Below are positions 19,237 to 27,700 of a DNA stretch of 64,000 bases, piece by piece. The DNA comes from Candidatus Marinacidobacterium sp. GTDB taxonomy: Bacteria; Acidobacteriota; Vicinamibacteria; Marinacidobacterales; Marinacidobacteraceae. A program made the translations under genes and the position numbers. The stretch covers positions 3,296,001-3,360,000 of the forward strand of contig OZ242011.1 of the NCBI GenBank assembly GCA_965204755.1, read 5' to 3'. Under the pieces are notes generated by a model. It saw nothing but the letters and a program-made list of their open reading frames with translations. It was not told the origin of the DNA and made no database searches. The stretch's first letter is position 1, and each line of letters opens with the position of its first letter.

Positions 19237-20313
19237 TTACGGGTTCGCCGGCGAGCGGAAGATCCCCTTCGGCAGGTGCATGCTCACCAGCATGTGGGGA
19301 ACATCCACCGTCTCCGAGATCTTGAGGTCGCCGGCCAGCGAAGCGAGGACATACGCCTCTTCGCGGGTCAGCCCGCGCTCCTCGACCAGGTAAGCGATCA
19401 TGAAACGCGTCGCCTTCTTCGCCGCTTCGTCGATCGTGGTCGCGAACCCGGTGACCCCGTAGTACTCGTCGGTTTCGTACTGCGGTTCGGTGATGCCGCG
19501 CGGGTTCGGCATCGTCTCGAACTCGAGCACCAGCCGCATCGGCGCCTCGATCGCCGTGCCCGAAACCTCGCCGTCCCCCTGAACCGCGTGGGCGTCCCCG
19601 ACGGAGAAGAGCGCGCCCTCCACCTGCACCGGGAAGTACACCGTTGTCCCCGGGCGGAGGTAACGGTTGTCCATGTTGCCGCCGTTCTCGCGGGGAGGAA
19701 TGGTCACCAGCATCTCGTCGGTGTCCGGCGCGACGCCCATGACCCCGGCGAACGGCGCGAGGGGCAGGGTGACCCGGTCGTTGAAGGCGACTTCGGTCGC
19801 GCCGGGCGCCATCTCGAAACCCCGGATCCACGGCTCGGTGAACTCGTCCGCGAGGAAACCGAACCCGGGAAGGATGGTGGCCCAGCCCCAGCCCTCGACT
19901 TCCGCTTCGTGGATCGTCACCGCCAGCAGGTCGCCGGGCATCGAGCCTTCGACGAAGATCGGCCCGGTGAGCGCGTGGATCAACCCGAAGTCCAGGTCGG
20001 CCAGGTCTTCCGCGGTGGTCTCCGGCGTGATCTGGTTGTCGGAGGCCTCCTTGGTGCGGACTTCGACGACCGCTCCGGAGGGGACGGTCAGCACCGGCGG
20101 AATCGCCGCGCTCCACCGGTTGTGGGTGTTCTCGCGGCCCAGGCGGAAGTCCGGCGTCGGAACGGCCGGCGCAGCGCTCTCCGCCGGGGTGGGGGCCTCC
20201 GGTTCCGCGCCCGCGCCGCAGCCGAGCGCGACGGCCGCCGCCGAACCGAGGGCGGCGGCGAAGGCGGCCGCCGGCCGGCGGCGGGAAGGGGCGGATTCGG
20301 CGTGGTCGGTCAC
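19237..20313 (-). CDS. acetamidase/formamidase family protein with a lipoprotein-like signal
   Basis: HNRW, HALTGPI, PPRENGGNMD, GDAHAVQGDGEVSGTAIE; N-terminal AAVALGC. Confidence 0.88.
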   Translation of the reverse strand: MTDHAESAPSRRRPAAAFAAALGSAAAVALGCGAGAEPEAPTPAESAAPAVPTPDFRLGRENTHNRWSAAIPPVLTVPSGAVVEVRTKEASDNQITPETTAEDLADLDFGLIHALTGPIFVEGSMPGDLLAVTIHEAEVEGWGWATILPGFGFLADEFTEPWIRGFEMAPGATEVAFNDRVTLPLAPFAGVMGVAPDTDEMLVTIPPRENGGNMDNRYLRPGTTVYFPVQVEGALFSVGDAHAVQGDGEVSGTAIEAPMRLVLEFETMPNPRGITEPQYETDEYYGVTGFATTIDEAAKKATRFMIAYLVEERGLTREEAYVLASLAGDLKISETVDVPHMLVSMHLPKGIFRSPANP

Positions 20314-20468
20314 GGGGGCAGGGGCTCCTTTCGGGTCTCGGCTGCCGCTCCCCCTCCCGGGTCCGGCGTCCCTCCACGCCAGCGGATGGAACGCCTTCCC
20401 CGGGGCGCGAACGGGCGGGCCCGGCGCGCCTAGACTAACGGCGAGTCGCCCCCGGCGCCCGTGAGTCG

Positions 20469-21494
20469 ATGCGCGTTTCCCTCCTGCGTGTTCCCGCCTT
20501 CCCGCTGTTCGGCGTCCTTGTCGGCGTTCTGGTCGGCGCCCTCGCCGTCCTCGCAGCGGCCGCCGCCGCCCCGAGCCAGCCGCCCGCCTCCGCCGCCCCG
20601 CCGCCGCCCGCCGCGGGCGACCTCGAGCAGGAGCAACGGAAGACCACCGTCGGCGACCGGTTCAGTTTCGTGATCCGGGTGCCGAGCGTCACCCTCGATG
20701 TCGTCGTCTCCGACGAGCGCGGCCGGTTCGTGACCGGCCTCGGCCCCGCGGACTTCGTGGTGCTCGAAGACGGCCGACCCCAGGAGATCGAGTTCTTCAC
20801 CGCCGAACTCACCCCCGTGAGCAGCCTGCTGCTGCTCGACACCTCCGCCTCGGTCCGCTCCAGCCTCTCCGCCATCCAGACCGCCGCCTACCTGTTCCTC
20901 CGCACGATGGCCGACCGGGACCGGGCGCGGGTGGCCACCTTCAGCGAAGGCGTCCGCTTCGGCCCGCCCTTCCAGACCCGGATCTGGGACCAGGTGGCGA
21001 TGATCCGCGCCATGCGCCCGTTCGGGAAGACCGCCCTCTACGACGCCATCCTCACCGGCCTGCAGGAACTCTCGATCGTCGAGGAGCGGAAGGCGATGGT
21101 GCTGCTCTCCGACGGCGAGGACTCCGGCCGGGCGGCGAAGGGCAGCGTCAGCACCCGGGAACAGGCGCTCGAAGGCGCGCGCCTCTCCGAGGGCGCCATC
21201 TACACCGTCGGCTACACCGGCTGGAGCCCGGACGGCGGCGGCCGGCTGAACCGGGATTTCCTGGACGCGGTGGCGGAGCAGAGCGGCGGGCGCTCCTTCT
21301 ACCCGGAGGAGGTGGAGGAACTGCCCCGATACTTCCGGGAGATCCAGCACGAACTCCACCGGCAGTACCAAATCGCCTACCTCCCCTCCCGCGACCGCAA
21401 GGAAGGCGGCTGGCGCACCATCGAAGTCCGGGTCCGCGACCGCCCGGAACTCACCGCCCGCACCCGCAAGGGCTACTACGCCGCGCCGGGGTAG
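20469..21494 (+). CDS. VWA domain protein (Acidobacteria-type VWFA-related)
   Basis: VTLDVVVSDERGRFVTGLGPADFVVLEDG, MIDAS DTSAS, TALYDA, LSDGED, QYQIAY, RKGYYA. Confidence 0.85.
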   Translation: MRVSLLRVPAFPLFGVLVGVLVGALAVLAAAAAAPSQPPASAAPPPPAAGDLEQEQRKTTVGDRFSFVIRVPSVTLDVVVSDERGRFVTGLGPADFVVLEDGRPQEIEFFTAELTPVSSLLLLDTSASVRSSLSAIQTAAYLFLRTMADRDRARVATFSEGVRFGPPFQTRIWDQVAMIRAMRPFGKTALYDAILTGLQELSIVEERKAMVLLSDGEDSGRAAKGSVSTREQALEGARLSEGAIYTVGYTGWSPDGGGRLNRDFLDAVAEQSGGRSFYPEEVEELPRYFREIQHELHRQYQIAYLPSRDRKEGGWRTIEVRVRDRPELTARTRKGYYAAPG

Positions 21495-21559
21495 GGACGC
21501 CCGCGCGGCGCGGCGGATGGATGTCCGCGCCGCCGCCGCGCCCGGTCTCGACCGCCCTC

Positions 21560-21588
21560 TTGCGGCCGGGCGAGGCGCGGGCTAATCT
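21560..21588 (+). promoter_or_regulatory. sigma70-type promoter of RNA element 1
   Basis: TTGCGG-N17-TAATCT, 7 nt before GCACT. Confidence 0.55.
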
Positions 21589-21595
21589 TCCTACC

Positions 21596-21665
21596 GCACT
21601 TCCCCCCCTCGGGATCGTGTCCGGATCGGCAACCGGTTGCCTTTCTGGATACCCCGGGGGCGATT
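21596..21665 (+). ncRNA. putative structured RNA element, copy 1
   Basis: GCACTT-CCCTCGGG-ATC-GTGTCCGGA-TC-GGCAACCGGTTGCC-TT-TCTGGATAC-CCCGGGGG: three nested stems. Confidence 0.6.
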
Positions 21666-21935
21666 GCCTTGAGATGGCGGTTGCGCAATGCGGGTTCCGC
21701 GTCATCGGGGGGTGCTTCGCGGTCTCAGCCGGTCGAGGTTGAGCCTCGCTTCGGGTTTGGCGGCGGGACGAGGGGTTGCGCGTTCGACCCCGGCTCACCC
21801 CTTCGGGTCGAGCCTCCCAACCCGAGATGGCCGCTGCGGCGGCCGACCGGCCTCCGCCCGGTTCTCCGCGCTGGCCCGGCGGAGCCGCCCGAACACGCGG
21901 TGCGCGCCGGCGGCCGCCGGCGAGCCCCCGCGGGC

Positions 21936-21964
21936 TTGATGTCCGGGGAGGCTCTGGATAGCAT
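21936..21964 (+). promoter_or_regulatory. sigma70-type promoter of RNA element 2
   Basis: TTGATG-N17-TAGCAT, 8 nt before GCACT. Confidence 0.55.
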
Positions 21965-21972
21965 CCTCGCTC

Positions 21973-22037
21973 GCACTAACCCCCCCGGGGATTTCGTCTT
22001 GGGCGGCATTCGTCGTTCGTGGCGCCCCCGGGGCATT
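21973..22037 (+). ncRNA. putative structured RNA element, copy 2 (divergent sequence, same fold)
   Basis: GCACTAA, outer CCCCGGGG/CCCCGGGG, middle CGTC/GGCG, inner GGGCGGC-ATTC-GTCGTTC. Confidence 0.5.
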
Positions 22038-22096
22038 CGCGTTAAACGGGGCGCCTGCGCGTCCCGCTTCCCTGAACCCCCGCTAGTATTCCGACC

Positions 22097-22167
22097 GCAC
22101 TTAAGCCTCCCGGGATCGTGTCCAGATCCGGCAACCGGTGGCCGCTCCGGGCGCCCCGGGAGTGATC
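22097..22167 (+). ncRNA. putative structured RNA element, copy 3
   Basis: TAGTAT at 22084-22089, then GCACTTAA, outer CTCCCGGG/CCCGGGAG (compensatory change), GTGTCC/GGGCGC, inner CGGC..GCCG. Confidence 0.58.
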
Positions 22168-22385
22168 CTTCTCGTCGGGAGGTGGCCGCCGAGCGATGAG
22201 GCTCGGCGAGTCGAGCGGGTTCTGAGCGGAGTCAGGCGTTCCGGCGTTCGGCGTCGCCTCGCTCCGGCCGTCTCCGACCGTCGCTGCTCCGAGCGGTCGT
22301 ACCGGTGCCCCCGCCTGCGGGGCGCGTCCGGCCCTCGGGTTCTTCCCGGTGTCGGGGCGCCAACTGGACTGGGCCCACCACCGTC

Positions 22386-22414
22386 TTGACATCGCGGAGG
22401 GTGCCGTCTACTAT
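22386..22414 (+). promoter_or_regulatory. near-consensus sigma70 promoter of RNA element 4 / NYN gene
   Basis: TTGACA-N17-TACTAT, 7 nt before GCACT. Confidence 0.75.
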
Positions 22415-22421
22415 TCCGGTT

Positions 22422-22491
22422 GCACTTACCCCCCCCGGGATCGTGTCCTGATCGGCAACCGGTTGCCTTTCTGGATACCCCGGGGGCGATT
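22422..22491 (+). ncRNA. putative structured RNA element, copy 4
   Basis: nearly identical to copy 1: CCCCCGGG-ATC-GTGTCC-TGATC-GGCAACCGGTTGCC-TTTCT-GGATAC-CCCGGGGG. Confidence 0.6.
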
Positions 22492-22731
22492 CTCTTAACG
22501 GGGAGAGGGCGGCTGTCGGGCAAGCGGGTTCGGCGTCGTCGGGGGTGTTCTGAGCAGGCTCAGCCGGTCGGCGGCTGGGCGGCGCTGCGGATGTGGCGGT
22601 TGGGCGAGCACTTGCGAGTTCGTCCTTGGCTCGACCGGTCGGCCGGGCCGCGGATGTGACCTCGCGGGCCGCGTCGCGCGTTCGTCTCCTCCGCTGTCTC
22701 TCATCCTGTCGCGGATTCGCGCGGAGGGCTC

Positions 22732-23484
22732 GTGTACGAGACGGACCGGCATGGGGCGCGAGATGCCGCCCCGGATGACGAAGTGGATGATCGGTCCACT
22801 CGCCGCAACCGGGTCGGCGGTGTCGCCAGCGAAGTGTCGAACGCGTCCCTTCCGCCGCTGCCGCTTCAGCGAGCGGCCGTGTTCATCGATGGAAGCAACT
22901 GGTACTACGGACTCAGAGGAATCGGGGTTCGCAGCGGCCATCTCCATTATTCGGAAGTGGCTCGCAAACTCGCCTGCGGCCGGAATGTGTGCGCTGTCCG
23001 ATACTATGTCGGGAAAGTCACTACGCCTATCGCGACGGCCAAGGCGCAAGACGACTTCTTGGCGGCGCTGCGCGAGCAGGGAGTGCGTGTCTCTTTGGGC
23101 CGGATGCAGCGCAATCCCATGAGCCGGCGGGCCGCGGATGACCGGAGTCGGCTGGCTCGCGCCTTCGCGGATCGCGACCATGAGGTTCCGCCCGACCTGA
23201 TGCGAACGATCGACGCGTTCTGTCGCTCGCGGCCGCCCGAATACCGGGAGAAGCAGGTGGATACACGGATCGCGGTGGATCTCGTGGACCTGGCGCACCG
23301 AGACCGGTACGATGTGGCTTATCTACTCTCCGCAGACGCCGACTTCCTTCCGGCAGTCCAGGTAGCGCGTCGTCTCGGTAAGGGAGTGTTCGCTGTCGCT
23401 CCATCCGGAGGGGACGAACTCAAGGAGGCAGCGACCGGTTTCATAAAGGTCTCGGCAGACTGGTTCGAGGGCCTGTACGCCTGA
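22732..23484 (+). CDS. NYN domain (LabA/DUF88, PIN-fold) ribonuclease
   Basis: VFIDGSN, RYY, EKQVDTRIAVDL, LLSADADFLPAV..ARRLGK; acidic catalytic residues intact; the true start may be GTG 22834. Confidence 0.9.
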   Translation: MYETDRHGARDAAPDDEVDDRSTRRNRVGGVASEVSNASLPPLPLQRAAVFIDGSNWYYGLRGIGVRSGHLHYSEVARKLACGRNVCAVRYYVGKVTTPIATAKAQDDFLAALREQGVRVSLGRMQRNPMSRRAADDRSRLARAFADRDHEVPPDLMRTIDAFCRSRPPEYREKQVDTRIAVDLVDLAHRDRYDVAYLLSADADFLPAVQVARRLGKGVFAVAPSGGDELKEAATGFIKVSADWFEGLYA

Positions 23485-23736
23485 GTAGATCGCGGTTCTC
23501 GATGACTCATCGAGACGGCGCCGAGGTCGCGGTCGTCGGCAGGCGACGGATCGCAGACATAGGCCCGCGCTTAGCTCCGGGTGGCTCCCGTTCTCGCTGC
23601 GGCCGCGGAGGCGGGTGGATGCGTACGGGTCTCGGTATCGGAGGCGGATGAGCGCGTCCGGGCGGGGTGGTCGGATCTGTAGGCGGCAGGGCATACGATC
23701 TACCGGCGGCGGCGCATGCGGGGGGAGTTCGGGGTG

Positions 23737-24687
23737 ATGGATGCCCGGCGGGTGGTTCGGCGGTTGGTTCTCACCGGGGCGGCCGAGGAGGTCGTGGACC
23801 CGGGAGGCGGGTTCGCGGTGGCGGGGCGGGCCGGGGACACCGAGATCGCGGTGGCCGGGGGGCTGCCGCGGACGGCGGCGGCGCGGGCGCGGGGGCTCCG
23901 GGCCGCGTGGAGGCGGCGGGTGGGGAACACGCCGCGGACGCTCGTCCTGCTCGCGGATGATCTCGGTGGGGCTGCGTCCGTCCCGCGGGTGCTCGTCGCC
24001 GGGCCGGCGGAGGCCGACGCGGGGCCGTACTCGGTTCCGGCGGAAGCGCTGCTCGCCGCGGTGGAGGAGTACGCCGAGCGGCCCGACGGGGTGGGGCGGA
24101 TCCATGCGCTCTCGCGGCAGTTGGAGCGGCTCGCCGGCATCTGCGGCGCGCGGGCGCGGGCGCCCGAATCCGAAGACTCGTTGGAGCGGCTGCGCGGGAC
24201 GGAGTGGTGGGAGGGCGCGAGGGAGCGGACGGCCGCGATCCGGCCGGGCGACGGCTGGCGGGAGATCCTCGGCGCGCTCGGTTACCGGATCGAGCGGCGT
24301 CCGGTCGGGTACGCGCTGCGGAGCGGCGGCGGCGCGGTGGCCGCGGTCGTGATTCCCCGCCGCGACTCGGCCGAGTTCGACGCTTGGGACGACGGCCGTC
24401 CTCCCGAAGCGCGGCTCGCGGAACTGGCTCGCGCCGAGGGGGCGGGTCGCGGGATGTTCGCCGCCGACGACCGGCTGCGCCGGTTCCGGTTCGACGCGCC
24501 GGGCAGCGACGGCGATTGCGGGTGGATCGAACTCGACGCGACCGCGCTCGGCGAGGAGAATCGACCGTTCCTCGCCCTGCTCGCCGCGGACCCGCTCGAG
24601 GTCGCGACCGCTGACGGGCGTTCGGTCGAGCCCGGCGCGCTCGGCCTCGCGACGCGGGAAGTCGCGGCGTCGCCGGTTTCGGCGTGA
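23737..24687 (+). CDS. stand-alone paralog of the N-terminal ~300 aa of the downstream methyltransferase
   Basis: collinear similarity: WRRRVGN/WKQRVGN, GPYSVPA identical, RPPEARL/RPPEGRL, WIELDA..L.EE.RPFLAL. Confidence 0.72.
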   Translation: MDARRVVRRLVLTGAAEEVVDPGGGFAVAGRAGDTEIAVAGGLPRTAAARARGLRAAWRRRVGNTPRTLVLLADDLGGAASVPRVLVAGPAEADAGPYSVPAEALLAAVEEYAERPDGVGRIHALSRQLERLAGICGARARAPESEDSLERLRGTEWWEGARERTAAIRPGDGWREILGALGYRIERRPVGYALRSGGGAVAAVVIPRRDSAEFDAWDDGRPPEARLAELARAEGAGRGMFAADDRLRRFRFDAPGSDGDCGWIELDATALGEENRPFLALLAADPLEVATADGRSVEPGALGLATREVAASPVSA

Positions 24688-24720
24688 CGCGCCAGGCCGG
24701 AGGACACGGAGTTTCCGACG

Positions 24721-27700
24721 ATGGATGCTGAGCGGGTCGTCAGTACGCTGATCGGGGACGGGATCGCCGAGGAGGCGAAGCCGCAGGGGGAGTTCGTGCT
24801 GTCCGCGCGGATCGGCCGGACGGAGGTCAGCGTTGCCGGATCGCTCTCCGCGGCGTCGGCGGGCGCGAAGTTGCGGAGCCGGTGGAAGCAGCGGGTCGGG
24901 AACAGGCCGCTGAAACTGCTCCTGCTCGCGGATGTGTCGGGCGGCGACGACCGCGTCGTGGTCGTCGGCCCGTCGAAGGCCGACCAGGGGCCGTATTCCG
25001 TCCCGGCCACGGGGCTCTTGGAGAAACTCCGGGCGTTCGCCGATCGACCGGACAAGGGGGCGCGGCTGCGCTGGCTCACCCGCGAGTTGCAGCGGCTGGG
25101 TCTTTCCGGCATTCCCGGAGTTCTGGTGCGGGGTCTGCTGACCGAGCACACGCTGGAACGCTGGCGGGAGCGCGACTGGTGGGAGGGCGCGAAGCGGACG
25201 ACCGCCGCCGTCGGGTCGGGAGACACTTGGCGGGACCTCTTCGGCAAACTCGGCTACGAGTTGGAACAACAGCCGGAGGGCTACTTTCTGCGGGCCGGGG
25301 CGGCGCCGGTCGCGGCGGCGATCGCGTTCAGCGAGTCGGACCAGTTCGACCGCTTCGACGAAAACAACCGCCCGCCCGAGGGACGGCTCGCCGACCTGTG
25401 CGCGTCCGCGAACCTGCGCTACGGGATACTCGCGGCCCGCGGGAGGTTGCGCCTCTTCCGGTTCGATGCGCTGGACGGGAGCGGCGCCTCCGACTGGATC
25501 GAACTCGACGCCGCCGAACTCCGGGAAGAGGATCGGCCGTTCCTCGCCCTCTTCGCCTCCGAGTCGCTGGTTCCTGACGGTCGCTTCGATGCGGTGCTGA
25601 GCGACTCGCGCCGATACGGGGTGGAACTCTGGAAGCGGCTGGACAACCGCATCCGGGACCGCGCGCTCCCGGTGCTTGCCGAGGAGATGGAGGTCTGGGC
25701 GAAGGCAACCGGACTCGATCTGTCGGACCCGGCAGTCCGCAAGGACCTGGAACAGGCCTCCCTGACGCTGGCGTTCCGGCTGTTGTTCGTTCTCTACGCC
25801 GAGAGCGCCGGGTATCTGCCGATGAGCAACGCCGAGTACGAGGGTGCCAGTCTCACGAGACTCGTACGGGAAGCGAGGCGGACGAGGGATCGGCTCGACG
25901 ACAAGTCCACGGCGCTGTGGCTCCGGTTCGTGGTGCTGGTGCAGGCCATGCGCGGCGGCAACTCTGCCTGGAAGGTGCCGGCCTACAACGGAGCCCTGTT
26001 CTCCTCGGACGCTTTCCTCGGGGCGGAGACCCTGGAGCGCCTGTCGCTTCGGGATCCCGGGTTCGGCAGCGTCCTGACACTGCTCGGTTGGGACGAGAAG
26101 CACGATTGCGGCGTGGACTACTCCACCATCGAGATCGGCCATTTGGGACACATCTACGAGTCCCTGCTCACTCGGCAACTGACGCTGGCGCAGCGGGACC
26201 TGGTGTACGACGCGAAGAAGGACCGGTACCGCCCGCCGAAATTCAGCGAAGCCAGGGAGCCCGTCGTTTCCGCCGGGTCGCTGCTCTGGCAAACCCATCT
26301 CGGCGGAAGGAAGGCCGGGGGCGTGTACTACACCCCGTCCCCGCTGGTGCGGCACCTCGTTGAGCGGGCGGTCGCGCCGGCGTTCGAGCGGCACCTCGAC
26401 CAAGTGCGGAAGACGGCGGAGACCGACCCGGAGAGCGCCGCCGACCAGTTGCTCGATTTCGCCGTGCTCGACCCGGCGTGCGGGAGCGCCCACTTCCTCG
26501 TGGAAGTCTTGGATCGTCTCGCCGACTTGACGGCTCGCTTCCTCGGAAACCAGCCGCTCCCGGCGATCGCGGCGCGCATGGAGACTCTGCGCGCCGCCGC
26601 CGGAAGCGACAGCGGAATCCGGGACATGACGCTACTGCGCCGTCTTCTGCTGAAGCACTGCATCTACGGCGTGGATGTGAGTCCGATGGGCGTCGAGATC
26701 GCCACCCTGTCGCTTTGGTTGGCCGCGTTCGTGCCCGGTCTCTCGCTGTCCTACCTCGGGCGGAATGTCATTCGCGGAAACTCGCTGCTCGGAGTCGCCG
26801 ATCGGGAAACCGTGGTGAAGCCGCACGCGTTCGAGAGCGATGAACTCCGGGAAAGTCTGAAGAATGCAGCGGAGGCGGCCGCCGAGTTGGCTGACAATCC
26901 GGACCGGACTCCCGAGGAGTATGACCAGAGTTCGGCGGCGGACCATGCCGCCCAAACGTTCGCGGCGGGTGCGAAGCGACTCTTCGATCTGTGGACTGCC
27001 GAGGCGGAGGTTTCGGACTGCCGGAGGTATCTTGGGGGTCGGGGCAAAGCGATTCTCGACGACGATCTCGACGATCGTGGTCGGGAGCTTGTACCAGCGG
27101 CCGCCGACTACGCCCGGCGATGGGATGTCCTTCACTGGCCGGTCGCCTTCCCCCATGTCTTCGCGCGGGAGCGGCCGGGATTCGACGCTGTTGTCGGCAA
27201 TCCTCCGTGGGAAGAGGTCACTGTCGAGGAACTCGACATCTATGTGATGGTGAGTCCCGGACTGAACACGCTTCCGGAGGATCAGCGGCTCCTGGCGGTC
27301 GCCGAACTCGACGAACAGGATCCGGCGCTGCGGTCGCGCGTTCTTCGGGAGAAGGGCCGGGCGAGGACTCAGAGGCGGGGACTCGGTGTCGGAGAATACG
27401 AAGGCTCCCCCGGCGATCCAGACCTCTACAAGTACTTCTGCCAGCGCTACCGGAAACTGCTGCGGGCCGACGGGGCGTTCGGTGTCGTCCTGCCGAGGAC
27501 GGCTTTCAGCGCCAAGGGGTCGGCGAAGTTCCGCGAGTGGCTCTACGGTCAGATCACGGTAGATCGGGTCGATTTCTTGGTGAACACGAAGCAGTGGGCC
27601 TTCGACAGCACGCCGAAGTACACGATCGCCCTGTTGGCGGCACGGAACCGGAGGTCGCCACCGAGTCACCGGGCGGAGTTCGCGGGCACGGCTGATTCGC

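Noticed and set aside
21596-22491. CRISPR array, integron attC array or retron msr-msd
   Set aside because: Units are ~70 nt, irregularly spaced (377, 124 and 325 nt) and divergent. No cas, integron integrase or reverse transcriptase gene is in the window, and no attC R-box ends are seen.
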